Position numbers and translations under genes: made by a program. The notes beneath the pieces were generated by a model. The model was given only the letters and a program-made list of their open reading frames with translations, ran no database searches and had not been told where the DNA came from. From the human T2T-CHM13v2.0 reference genome, Homo sapiens: DNA of 64,000 bases. The stretch lies in NCBI RefSeq assembly GCF_009914755.1, contig NC_060929.1; one strand, 5' to 3'. How positions within the stretch are numbered: the first letter of the stretch is position 1; every line of letters begins with the position of its first letter. Below are positions 50,491-63,320 of this stretch, one piece after another.

Positions 50491-52499
50491 TATAATTGTT
50501 CTAACCTCAACACGTGGGGAAATAGGGGCTTAAGGTGCTAGCAGAAGCAGAAGCTAGAATTTGAGACCCATGCTCTCTACTGCTAAACCCCATTCACCTT
50601 TGGGTTTTCCTTTTATTTATTAATTTAGGACATGGTTAAGATACTATTACACTCTGAGAAGCCTCTCTGAAAGCTTCTAAAACACATACATCTTCCGTAG
50701 ACCAGAAATAATACAGTGTCAAGTGGGAAGCTCCTGGAAATAACAGGCAGTGCTTCGTATAGAAATGGATGTCCAAAACAAAGGAAAATTTCCAAGATAA
50801 TTATAAGAATAGTTAAATTTGGACTCGTTCTGACAAGAAACTTTAGGTAAATGCATTTAAATAGATTGTTGCATCTACTTTGCAAACATTATTTAGACAT
50901 ATTTTTAGGGGCTTATAGAAGCTCTAAAATGACTAGCTTCATGCGGTCAAGTCACTGTTTGGGTTTCTACTTGCATTGAAAAATTATAGAATGTGCAGGA
51001 ATTACAACCTAAGGATATTTTATTGATATAAATAAACTTCATTTGCAAAAATATAACCTAGAAATATGCTTACATGTCTCCTGAAACCTCACATTAGCTG
51101 AAATGCTGTTTCCTGTAGTTTCCATAAACCATTGTAACTATAAAACAGATTTAAGTGAATCCAATGTTTAAAATACCAGAAATTTAATATATCATAAATT
51201 CCAGTTTCAGATGTCAAATTTGTGAAAACATCAGTACTAAATTTATTGATGCATTTTGAATATTCTTTTTGATGTTTTCCTTTAAAGGCAATTAAAGATT
51301 TTTTTTTTGCTTTTTATATGTTTTTCCATTTTTAATTTGCAACTCTCCTCCTCTGAGCAGCCCTTTTCTCAGCAGTAAAATGAAACCACTGCATTAGGGG
51401 TTTTCTCTAGGGACCTCTTGGAAGTATTTTATGGTTTCCATAATTGTTGATTAAGTATAGCCAGTTCTTGACTATGTCAGGTACAAGGGGTGGAGCTACT
51501 CTGGGACAAAGAGAAGGCCCAGCATGGCTCTTGCCTCCCATCCCATCCCCTGCTTTAAATAGGAGAGATTCACTTTTTTGGTTTCATACATTGAAGTTTA
51601 TTTAGAAAAAAATGGTAATAACAATGTTTGAAACACATGGACTATATGGTCTCCAAAGCCCTCTCCAGATGTGACACCGCATTGACACACAGCTTGTCCA
51701 CTTTTCGAGAATGTTCTGCATAGTCCATCTTGCCCTGAAGCCTCTGCAGGTCCCACACATCCTGCATATCACAGAGGCCCCTTCCTTACCTCTGAAATGA
51801 CTCACCTTTGACTATAACAGAGATAAACAAATCATACCTAGTGGAGACAAAGATTCTGGAAGCAGTGTCCATTTTGGCTCATTCCTGGTCACTAAGATAC
51901 ATGCCCTTCACATGGCATTCTTCAAGTAACAAGAGTTTTTTTGTTTGTTTGTTTGTTTTTAACTGTTTTAATTCTGGATTAGGGGTTTTGTGCCATCTGC
52001 TGGACATAGTTATTTCACACATACAAGAGAGTTCTACATTATTCTTAGAAGTATTTTTAAAATATTAATAACTTTAAAAATTGTGAAACACATGCTTATT
52101 ACAGGAAATGGGTAAATATAGGAAATGATAAAGTATAAAAAATCCAGAGATACCTATGATTACTATCTAACTGTTTTCTTACCTGCACACAAGAATGTAC
52201 TTTGTTTGGTTTTAGTTGGTGGTTTTTATTTTAACACCAATTTGAGATAAACACTGCATTGATGTAGGTTATACAATAGCAGGAAGAGGGGATGCATTGC
52301 AAATGTAAGGTTCATGGAGAGAAAATGCTCTCAGTCACTGCTGTGTTTGTGAACCTTAAGGTTTGCATTGCCTATCATGCACAGCAGGAATCTTATGCTC
52401 CAATTTAACAGGGCAAGGTAGGAGGAGAGGTAGGGATGGCGGAGTGGGTTAGAACCTGAAAAAAAAAGTGCCTTATATTGCTCAGACTCCTGGGAAACA

Positions 52500-53150
52500 G
52501 ATCACTAAGTTACTATTCACAGTGAAAAATGTGCCATTGATCCTTTCTATTAGTGGGTATGCATGAGTACCAATGTCCTAGTTGCTGTGGCAGATGATGC
52601 CATAGAAATGAAGAGTCATATAGATCCTGCCTTGAAGTGGGAGAGGGCTGATACGGGAGACAAGTGTGTAAATAACTATGAACAAGCTTGCAAACATAGA
52701 AACAGAGGTGCTTATTCTAACTGGGCAATGGGGATGATTACACAATGGTGATTTTAGACATACACTGGGGAAAGCGTAAGTGGGTCCTGGAAGTGGGAAC
52801 ATTCTTGCACTCTAGCTAGAATTTAGTGTCAGGCTAATGGAAGGATGCGGTGACAACGAGGCTGGGAAGGTAGAATTAGGTCATGTCATGCAAGGCCTAA
52901 AATATCATGCTGAGGACCACAAAGGACCACAAAGGTTTTGGAGGAGGAAAGTGACACAATGCAGACAAGAATTTTAAGGAGAATAACTTCAGTAGCGAAG
53001 TGTGGAGATTTAAAAGACTCAAGGCAGGGAAACCAGGTTAGGTTAGAAGTTGGCCTGGGAAACATGGGGTGGGGAGGGCGGGTGTGAAAAAGATGAAAAT
53101 TCAATGCACTGAGGAAATAGAGCACATTCTGAAAAGCACGTTCTATGACT
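52500..53150 (-). mobile_element. L2 fragment
   Basis: aaggttttggaggaggaaagtgacacaat..., aaggcagggaaaccaggttagg. Confidence 0.5.
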
Positions 53151-53939
53151 AACTACTTCTAAAAAACAAAATTTGGACCCAGTTGTAAAAGAAATCTGAG
53201 AGCAAATACATGTTTCTGTGGATCTTTAATGGGAGGCAGAACCTTCCAAAATTAAGTGGCTCACCATGAAAGGCCAAACCTGTAACACTTTGTTTGTAAT
53301 TACAAGCCCCAGACAGCCTTTCAGGGAGTCCCTGGGGCCCAGGGGTGGCGGAGGAAATGAAGCAGAATGAGGAAATGCACAGACAAACCGCCCTTGCTGT
53401 CTGGTAGCAGGGTGGGGGAAGAAGGTGGGTGGCAGTCAGCTCTGCAGTTACTGGTCTTGATCCACAAGAGGACAGGAAACATTTTAGACTCAGTTGTACC
53501 CCAGGAGGGAGTGTAAGCCTGGGGCAGAAGGTCAGGTCCCGAACAGGGTTTGGTGGGAAGGCTCCCAAGTCAACACACCTAACCACTTGCTCTCTTAAAT
53601 TCATCCTCTCCTGACCCCAGGCCCTCCTCCTATCATCCTTCAACAAATAGGTGCTTGGAAAGGATGGCCTTCAAGCAAAGATCACAGATTAAACAGAAAG
53701 AACCAGAATGGGATCTCTACAAAGGTATCAGGAAAATCAAATAGCTGGTAAGGGACACATAGAAGAACAAATATACTACAAAGCAGAATAAAAGACCAAA
53801 AAAACTTCTCCATGAAACAAAAACATTAAGAAAACACTTCTTCTTTGAAACAAGTGATCAAATCAAAGATAGAGATATGATAAAAGGAGAGATGATACAA
53901 AGCTGGGCAGGCAGGGAAGAACCTAATGAGATTTATATC

Positions 53940-54275
53940 CCGAAATGCTCACATTAAGGGGAAAAAAAGAATGAAAACTAATGAGCTAAACATACCTCTT
54001 AGAACAACAGAACATGAAAATATACCCAAAGTTCTTAGAAGAATATGACATAGAAAAAAAAACAAGAAAGCTAAAACTTAGTTCTTTGAGAAGATGAGAA
54101 ATCTCTGAGAGAAAAGGTACAAATAAACAGTTTTATGAATACATTAGATAATTACAGATGCTGCAGACATCAATGATAACATGATGATATAATGAACAAA
54201 TTTATGCCAATAAGGTTGAAAACTTAGAAGAAATGATTACATTCCTAGAAAAATATGATTTACTAAACTGTCTGA
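53940..54275 (+). mobile_element. Old L1 ORF2 fragment
   Basis: aaaacttagttctttgagaag; tttatgccaataag.ttgaaaacttagaagaaatg...ttcctagaaaaata. Confidence 0.7.
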
Positions 54276-54626
54276 CAAATTTTAAAACTCTCTACATTCT
54301 CAGATCTGCTTTTGTAATAATAATGTGTATTGATCTTCCTTCTTAACAAATATGTTTCCACAACATTATTTTAATGACTACTTCATATCACATTATTTTG
54401 TTTTGACTATTAAGTTGCTGCCAAACTTTTTACTCTCCCAACTTAGCAACTCGAAACCTAGGAATTAATACAAGATTTACTCTTGTAGCTAAATTTTTGC
54501 GAAGATCTTTGTCTTTCCTTAGAATAAATTTCCCAAAGAGGAATTGCTGGGTCAAAGATAATGTCTATTTTAAAGCTTTTGACATATACCAAATGGCTAT
54601 ATATAATTTCTATTATAGGCATTTGG

Positions 54627-54810
54627 TTTAATCACTTCTTTAATGCCTTCCCTTCACTCCTGTTATATACCAAATGGCTATAATAGAAATTATAGAATTT
54701 ATATACAATAATAGAAATTATAGCCATTTGGCTATAATCGAAATTAATAGAAATTATAGCCGTTTGGTATATAACAGGAGTGAAGGGAAGGCATTAAAGG
54801 AGTGATTAAA
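54627..54810. repeat. 58-bp inverted repeat (56/58 identical) with 68-nt spacer
   Basis: Left arm 54627-54684 is the reverse complement of 54753-54810. Confidence 0.96.
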
Positions 54811-55097
54811 GAGTGACGGGAAGGCATTTCTGGAAAAGAGAATAAAGGCACAGTTAGATACAGCAAGAACAAAATGTGTCCTAGGACTGGGACGTAGTGG
54901 ACGATATTAGTAAGTCAAAGTAGTAACACAATATTAGCATATAGTTGTGTTAAAAGTAATAGTAAATATAATAGTAATAATAGTAAAATAAGGAAAATAA
55001 TTTAATTCTTTTAACATAAAACAATTAAACTGAATATTATTTCACTTATACCACTCTCTGTTTCAAATTAGAAATTGTGTAAAGAGTTTTTATGCTG

Positions 55098-55347
55098 TTT
55101 GGGAGGCCAAGGCGGGCGGATCACGAGGTCATATCGAGACCATCCTGGCTAACACGGTGAAACCCCGTCTCTACTAAAAATACAAAAAAAAAAAAAAAAA
55201 TTAGTCGGGCGTGGTGGTGGGCGCCTGTAGTCCCAGCTACTCGGGAGGCTGAGGCAGGAGAATCGCATGAACCCAGAGGTGGAGCTTGCAGTGAGCCGAA
55301 ATAGCGCCACTGCACTCCAGCCTGGGAGACAGAACGAGATTCCCTCT

Positions 55348-55378
<31 letters not shown>
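55098..55378 (+). mobile_element. AluY, 5'-truncated, long pure A tail
   Basis: Starts at tttgggaggcc; TSD agtttttatgctg at 55085-55097 and 55379-55391; about 30 A. Confidence 0.95.
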
Positions 55379-55383
<5 letters not shown>

Positions 55384-55414
55384 TTATGCTGTGCATCAAA
55401 AAACACAATAGAAT

Positions 55415-55690
55415 ATTTTTTAGAGAGGTTTTAGTTTTATAGTAAAATTGAACAAAAAGCACAGGGAGTTCTCATGTATTCTCTTGTTATCCCCCAACAG
55501 TTTCCCTGATTATTAACATCATGCAGTAGTATGGTACTTTTGTTATAATTCATGAGCCAATATTGACAAAGTTCACAATTTATTTTAGGGTTAGTTCTTT
55601 GTCTATTACATTCTATTCTATGGCTTTTGGCAAATGTATAATGGCATATATCCACTGCTGAAGTATCATATAGAATACTTTCACTGCTTT
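55415..55690 (-). mobile_element. L1MB/MC-like 3' end fragment
   Basis: tttttagagaggttttagttttatagtaaaattgaacaaaaagcacagggagttc; same type as at 5285 and 33240. Confidence 0.7.
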
Positions 55691-56223
55691 ATTATTATTT
55701 TTCAATATGTAAAAATATATGTATTTATTTACTGGCATATAAGGCATGCCAGTTCTACAAGGAAGTTTTGGGGGAAAACACTGAAGTAGTTTTATCCTAT
55801 TTTTTTGTTTTGTTTCTGTTTCTTTGTTTTTTAAATTGTTTTAATGATTTTCCAAAATGGAGCTGCTGGAGGTCCTGAAATTGCATAACTCTGCTTACTC
55901 TCCTCTCTGTTGACTTTATTTCACTTACCTGCTAGTCACTCCATTTTTGTCACTGGGAATGATGCTCATTAGAGTCTATATACACACACAGAAGCTACTG
56001 GAGTGCACTTTGCAGTTTAGCCATGTCAGAGCCTAGACAACCCCTGACACCCCCACTAGAGCCCTCTGAAATCTGTAGACTTCTCCTACCTTCAACTCTT
56101 GCTCACAGCAGCTCCATTCACTTAGAATGTCCTTCTCCCTCCCTCTTTACCTGAGTTTTTCCCCGTGCATTTTTCAGGATTCACTAATTGGCACCTTTTC
56201 TAGTCAGTCTTTTTTAAAACAAA

Positions 56224-56516
56224 TTTTTTTTTGAGACAGGGTTTCACTCTGTCATGCAAGCTGGAATGCACTGACTCAATCACGGCTCACTGCAGCCTCA
56301 ACTTCCCAGGCTCAAGCAATCCTCCTGCCTTGGCCTCCTGAGTAGCTGGGATTACAGGCATGAGCCACTATGCTCGGCTAATTTTTTTATTTTTTGTAAA
56401 GACAGGGGGTCTCACCATGTTGTCTAGGCTGGTCTCGAATGTCTGGGTGCAGGCAATCCTCCCACCTTGGCCTCCCAATGTGCTGTGATTACAGGTGTGA
56501 GCCACAATGTCTGACC
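56224..56516 (-). mobile_element. Alu (AluJ-like)
   Basis: Antisense Alu with ctgcagcctcaacttcccaggctcaagcaatcctcc. Confidence 0.92.
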
Positions 56517-57558
56517 AGGAGTCTTTCTTGACATCTTGATTCCCAGGGACAGCACACTAGTCCCTCCGCCCGCTCTGCCCCTCTCAGCTGCACAGTGCCT
56601 TGAGTACTTGTGATGCACATCTTGTGCTTATTTGATTACATATCTTCTTCTTTTAGACCTTTGAGCACTTTGAAGAAAGGAACTGTGTCTTATTTGCCCT
56701 TTTATCATTGGCACATTGTCTGGCTCATTAAGAAGTATTTATCTGAAGGGCAGTGTGGATAGATACCCTTGAGTACATCCAGTGAAGGAGCTACTGGTCC
56801 TGGCTCAGGTCTGTAGTATTCTATATCAGTGCCATCCACTTCTGGACCCCCATGATGACTCCCACTAGAAAGTGTACCTTTTCAAAAATACAACTCATAA
56901 CACCTTCACAGTAGAACAGCAGCTTGTTAAAACAGTAACCACAGCAAACCAGAAGTAGTAGTACCCAGACAATAAGGGCTATTCTTCTTGGAGCCTTTCA
57001 ATTGGAGGATTGGAGCAGCCCAGTGAGAGCTTGTTCAGTAAGTGCTAAGAAAGATGCTAACAGCTTCAGGAAGATAAAGCTAGAGAGTTTCCTACTGTAG
57101 CCCCTCCCTGGATACTTATAACTTCCAAAGCCAGCAACTTTTTAATTATTTCATAAACCAGACCCTATATCATATAGAACTTCTTAAAATTACTTGGCTG
57201 CAGTAAGAATTTTCTTATAATCCTTCTTCCTTACATGAAGGATAGTATCCTATAAATACTCTTTGTATTCTGCTTTTTAAATTTAACAATATATTTTGGA
57301 AATTGTCTTATATAACTCCATAGAGATCTCCCTTACTGTTTTCTATTTTTTTACAGCTGCGTAGTACTACATGTACTATGTACTACGGTACTTGGGGATG
57401 TACTATAGTTTTTTCAACCACTCTCCTGTGTATGGGCATTTGAATATTTCACAGCTATAAACAGTGCTGCAATGGATAAGCTTATGAATTGTGTCACTTC
57501 TAAGTACAGAGTATACTCCAAATTAATATACAGATAGCTAAAAACTGGTAAAATAAAT

Positions 57559-57637
57559 TTAGTTTGGTGCAAAAGTAATTGCGATTTTGCCATTGAAAGT
57601 AATGGCAAAAACTGCAATTACTTTTGCACCAACCTGA
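57559..57637. mobile_element. MADE1 MITE, full length (~80-bp palindrome)
   Basis: ttagtttggtgcaaaagtaattgc...gcaattacttttgcaccaacctga. Confidence 0.93.
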
Positions 57638-58851
57638 TAATACCACTCATAACTCATAAGCATGAAGGTTTTACTTTCTGAGAACTAAAGGGTAAACTAA
57701 GGAGTGCTTTAGTATGTGAATCCTTCATTTGAAAAAGCAACCAATTTTACATTACATTCAACTTATTCTCTAAGAAACCTGAGAATATCTGAAGATGAAA
57801 AAATATAATTTTATAGCAAAAATCATGTCAAAAGGTCAATAATTTCTGGACTTGCAAATTTAATGAGGTATTATTACCTTTGAAAAATACTCTTCAGTCT
57901 TTTAAAAGGAAATTATCTTTTAAAAAGTGATATAAAGTTCTCCTGAAGTTTTATTAGTTAAACCATTATTTCAAAAACTATATTAAGTGTTGCTTCAGAA
58001 ACTTGTAAATAATACAGGATAATTATTTTGTATGACTTAGTTTCTTACTTGAATTAGAAAAATAAAAGGAAGTAAGGTTCAGTGCCGTGGTGCACTGTTA
58101 TTTCTTGGCACTTTAATTTTAAAAAAACCTCTCAGTTGGGACTTTTCTTGGTTGGTTACAAACCTTATCTTTTGGAAAATTTTCCTCTGTCTAGTTTTAA
58201 GAGCATTACTACCTTTGCCTTCGGCCCTTGATGTTTTTGTTGTATTTCAGTGTTGCTGTAGTACATTAGCAAAACTCCCTTCTCCAGCTAATTGTCTAAA
58301 AGCAAGGTCAAACATTGGCCAAAGAATTTACTGTGTAGGAAGTGATTGACTGTGGAAAAGTCTGGTAGGATTTTTACAAGCTTTGCATTTTATCAATCTG
58401 GAACTGGCAAGATGGAACACATTTTTAATTATGCAAAATTTGCTGTGTAATCTCAAAAATATAGCAGTGGCTTAATACATAAACATTCAGGTCAAATATA
58501 TTTATTCTGGGACCACCTTAGGATTTTTGCATCATTGCCAGATGGGTTGCAAGCTCTTATAATTGAAGATTTTGTTTCCTTTCCTTGTTCTTTGCGGTAA
58601 AAGTAATTAGTAATGAAATAGCAGTGTTTACCCTATAATTCACGAGTGAACAGAGCAAGTATTAACCTGCCAGTGAAGTGGGTTTTAATAACTCACAACA
58701 TAATATCCAAACCCTGGTGGCAGAGGACAATGTTTAGAGGGTGATAATTTAGAGATTAGTATACGTCTTAGACACTGTTTATAAACATGCTTTAGTTTTC
58801 TCTTGGGAAAACAGCTTTTACTTAAATGGTTTTAACACTGAAGAAAAACAT

Positions 58852-58908
58852 TATATATATATACGTGCGTGTGTATATATGTGTGTGTATATATATGTAT
58901 ATATATGT
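58852..58908. repeat. Compound (TA)n/(TG)n microsatellite
   Basis: Read directly. Confidence 0.85.
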
Positions 58909-60127
58909 AGTGCTATTAGTGCTATTTACACTGAAGTACAAAATAGCAAAGGGGACAATTTGGTATTAGTATTAGTTAAACTTTTGAAGTTGACATATAA
59001 CAATAGAGTAAAAGCTTAACTCTAGATTAACTGATTATTGTGAATGGAAGATGAGAGAGAAGGAGAACTCTCATAATCCGATTTCATATGATTTTAGAAT
59101 AGAGTCATGGTGGAAGAGTGAGTTAACATTTACATCCATCCCTTCCTTCATTTTCTACCTCCCCTCGTCCCAGCCATTATTATACAGCATTAAACTGTAG
59201 AAGCACCTTTGAGGCCTTCTCATTTTCCCTTGAGGGTTCTATGGTTTCTCAGCAAAACAAAGGAAAGAAGGCAGTACAGTTTTCCTTTCTTTCCAGTATT
59301 CTTTCCTTCTTTTTCATCCAACTTAAAGGTATGTGTTCTTTCTCTTTACCACCCTACTAGTTCGTCTTCATGAGGCAACTCACATGAAGAAGCAGGGAGT
59401 AATAGAACTGTGAAACTTCATCATTTGAAAGGTGCACCTTTACAAATGATGCATCCTAAACCCGATGCCCTCTGAGGCTAGTAGAGAACGAAGAGGAAAA
59501 ACAAGCCACATCATGTAGATTCTGAATATATATTGCTATATTCGTGTGTTATGCTTAAGAGTGAAAGATAATTGGAGTTCCTTTAATTCAGTGTAAATGA
59601 AAATAAAAATAAAAACTAAGAAATGAGCATAATAGGGCCATTGGGATTTGGAAGAAAGAATCTCCACACTTAAATATTTGAGGTGAGTGCTTTTGAAGGA
59701 TGTTTATCAGGAAAATGCTGAATATATTTACCAGGTTAATGCTGAAAATGGCACAGTATTCTGGTCTCATAAAAGTTTTCATCCTTTTCCACTCTCCATT
59801 GGTGGAGGGGGGTAAACAGAAGGGGTTGGTTTTTCACAAACCTTAAAATTGCAAGAAATAATTTGAATGTATAATCCAACAGATCCATAGTACAAATAAG
59901 GTGTAGTAGAGAGGCCCTTTTAGATGCTGATCTGTCAGTGACCCAGACAGGCCGTTTAAGGGAGTTGGTTTTAAAGTGATGCCAGATGGTAGCATTCGTG
60001 GCATTAGCAATAGCAACTATGTGGTGGCATTGTGTTCCACAGATGATGAAATTCTCTGCTGAGTGCACTTTCAAATTATTTTAAATATACTGTATGTATT
60101 TTCACATTGTTTCATATAGACCCACAG

Positions 60128-60129
<2 letters not shown>

Positions 60130-60167
<38 letters not shown>
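60130..60167. repeat. (GT)19 microsatellite
   Basis: Read directly; perfect alternating purine-pyrimidine. Confidence 0.95.
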
Positions 60168-60171
<4 letters not shown>

Positions 60172-61167
60172 AAATACAACTACAAAAGTATGGCTAGGAA
60201 TCTGTGGATACTGTAGATAAAGTTGCTTCTAGAGCATTAACATTGATTATCTAACAACACTCTCAAAGGCTTAAATCAAAGTACTTTTAATTCTAAAGGA
60301 CAAATGGCAGTGGAGATTTTTTAGAGGTTATTGTCTTGTGGTTTTGAAAACAGCTGAAACAGCTTGGAGAGGGCAGCAAGGGAATGACTTAATTGACCAC
60401 CTGCACAGGCGTCCTTTCTCTCTACCAGATATGCCCCTGGTGGGATTGACTCACCTGTCAATTATCTCAGCGACCTATAAATTTAGCAAGTATAGGAACT
60501 CAGACTAGAGACAGAATGAGATTCAAATAGCTTGACTCTCTTGTCTTGTATATATGTGTGTGTATCTTTCACTTCTAAATATATTCCAAGAGATATCTTA
60601 CAGATAGTGTCCCTGAATAAGTGGCATTATCTGCTGTGAGTAAGAACAGAGACCAACTTTTAGGCTAGAATTTAAATGGAACGTTTCTTGCTTTGATAAT
60701 TTGCTAGTGTCCATAGGGGTAATGATGGAAAAATACTCACTCTACCCCATGCAAGACACAATCAACTGATGAAAATTCACCTCTACCTGCCACAGCATCC
60801 TAAACATAAATGGAAGTGATAAACGTATGAGTCATTTTGCCTGGAGTGTCGCTCAATGACCTGTGCCTCAGAGTGAGTGTGAAGATAGAGGTATGGACCT
60901 GGTGCCATTCCCTCAAGGGATGTGGTTCCTGAGGCCTCCACACCTTGCCAGGGTGTGGTATTCTGAGGCTTAAAAGTAAACATCATGTATCCATCATAGA
61001 TAATTCAGCCATCGTGGCTCCTATGTATAAGCCAGCTGCTTCATCTGATGCTGACCCTAAGGAATGATAATCTGTTCCAGCGCTGAAGAAATGCCTGGCT
61101 ATGTTGGGTTATTTCATTGTAGCATTTTCTGAAGGGATTTTCAAGGGTAATTTCATCTGTATATGAC

Positions 61168-61545
61168 TTCTATTGACTTAACTGTGTCCTCTCCAAATTC
61201 ATAACTGAAGTCTGAATTCCAGCATGACTATATTTAGAGATAGGGTCTTTGGGAGGTAATTAAGTTTAAATGAGGTCCTAGGATGTGGGCCTAATCTGAT
61301 AGAATTGCTGGTCTTGTAAGAGGAAAACAGCCTCTCTTTCTCTGTGTGCATACCAAGAAAAGGCCCTGTGAGGACTTACTAAGAAGCAGGCAGCCTGCAA
61401 GCCAGAAAGAGCCTGACCAAAAGCTGACTCAATTGGCAACTTGATCTTGGACATCCCAGCCTCTAGAGATACGAGAAATAAATGTCTGTTGTTTAAGCCA
61501 CTCAGTCTGTGATATTTTGTTATAGCAGCCTGAGAAGACTAATAT
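61168..61545 (+). mobile_element. MLT1A/B-like MaLR solo LTR
   Basis: tatttagagatagggtctttgggaggtaattaag...ttgatcttggacatcccagcctctaga...aaataaatgtctgttgtttaagcca. Confidence 0.85.
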
Positions 61546-61884
61546 AGTGACTTTCTTCAGAATCCAATCCTGAAGTCAGATGTGGCTCATGTGCCCTAAA
61601 CGGGAGGCTTTTCTTTCCTAGTATACCCTTTGAGTGTTGCGTTACTGAAGAAGAGCTGAAGGAGGAAAACTTGAGATTATTTAAAGTGCATCCTTTCCTA
61701 TTCCTTCCCCAGGCTTCTGTGTAGAGATGGTAATCACCAATAAAATAAATCTTGGAGCAGTGTTGTATCCTTAAAAGGACATAGTACTGGGGGTCACCTA
61801 AATCTGACATCCAAACCCATGCATCCTATTAGTATCTTTGTGACTCAAATGACTCTTTCTGAGCCTTGGTTTCCTCAGCTGTAA

Positions 61885-62387
61885 AATACAGAAAATTGTA
61901 CTGCTTAGGTTCAACAAGGTATAGACAGCTGTGTAGAACTATGATTGGCCAGAGAATGTATGATCTAATGCTAAAAGGCCGAGTGGGGAAACCCAGCAAG
62001 TCCCTTGTCTCTACATTCTCCCTGGACTCTCTGAGCATGTGTTCCTTCCTTCTGGGTATAAGGCAGGACCCTCTCTGGAATGGGTCTTATGACCTACAGT
62101 TAAACAAGGTAGGTCAGATATTGATGATTTCTTTATGGTCAGTTTCTACACAGATAGAAACTGGAGGAAAAGTTAGAGTAATATTTTAAGGTTTTATGGC
62201 TGGCCTTGGAGAAAAGGGGTGCTGGTTTCTGTAACCCACCTTGGGGAAGAGGAATTCTAGTTTCTATGGCCAGCCTCAGAAGAGAATGGGGCTGAGAGAT
62301 AAGAGGGCAGAAGACAGAGAGAAAGTTTTGCTTCTGAGGCTATTTCTGAAGCCTTCATTTTGAGATATTGCTTTTAAAACCCCAACA
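61885..62387 (-). mobile_element. ERV1-class LTR (MER31/MER67-like), partial
   Basis: Reverse complement starts tgttgggg...aaaatgaaggcttcagaa...cctcagaagcaaaac; core gtaggtcataagacccattccagagagggtcctgcc. Confidence 0.75.
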
Positions 62388-62785
62388 CTACCCAACGTGC
62401 TTAATGAAGCGGTTGATTTCTATTCTGACCCAAGCCTGTTTTCTTTCCCCATACGGGTACTAAACAGTTGCTCCATCTTCAGATCACACTTTGACTAGCT
62501 CTGCTCTAGGAGTCTGATGCTTGGGGGAGCCTCTTCTCTTTGTGTTAGAACACTTTATGGGTCTTTCATAGGCAATCTGACACAATGTCAGGACAAATCA
62601 GTTTATTAACCTGATTTCACACTTTTTGTATCCCCATCAAATGCAATAGCTTAGCATACATATGGCTTCTAGCCTGCTTGAAGATGAGCATCTTGTATAG
62701 TTTAAATGATCCTGAGCTGGGAACTGTTGTTTCTCATCACCATCATCAGTGGAGATGGTGGCAGTAGGTTCTCCCTGCCTTTTGG

Positions 62786-63060
62786 CAGTTCTTAATCTTA
62801 TTTTTGTGTCACGGATCCCTTTGGCAGACAGTGATATCTATGGACCATTTCTCAGAATGTTATTTTTAATTTTATAAAATAAAACCTGTAAGTTGAGAAA
62901 GGAAACCAATTATACTGAAATACGCTTATCAAAATATTGTGACAGTAATACATGTGCCCAACTGTTAACACATCAAGCAAGATCTAGTAGCATGTCTAAG
63001 AGCTACTGTTATCTTGAAGAAGTGATGAACGTAAGTAAAACTTTGACATCTACGGCAACT
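62786..63060. mobile_element. MER119-like hAT-Charlie fragment
   Basis: gttcttaatctt...ggatccctttggcag...ctatggaccatttctcagaat...aaggaaaccaattatactgaaatac. Confidence 0.7.
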
Positions 63061-63320
63061 CGAGTGGGATCCCTCGACCAAAGTTACTGGGATCAGGTAA
63101 CTTTGGTCCAAGTGTGGGTATGACAGAAGATGAGCCTATAAAGGTTAGAGATGGCTATGATGAACCTTCACTGATATACCAGAGGGATGGGATATTATTG
63201 GCAGAGAGGAGTCATTGAAGTATTTTAATAGGAATGAGATAAAGAGATTCCTGATTTCAGAATATTAACAGGGCTGGAATGTATTAAATGAATTATGATG
63301 TCTGGGAGGGGGAGATAATA

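Noticed and set aside
50013-50495. 160-aa ORF on the + strand
   Set aside because: GTG start, lies in an ancient LTR-like repeat, no recognisable domain or splice context.
53149-53646. 165-aa ORF on the - strand (longest in the track)
   Set aside because: Non-ATG start and no recognisable homology; a chance ORF in a GC-richer patch.
57559-57637. MADE1 hairpin as a miR-548-family gene
   Set aside because: MADE1 copies are numerous and most yield no miRNA; no expression evidence is available from sequence alone.
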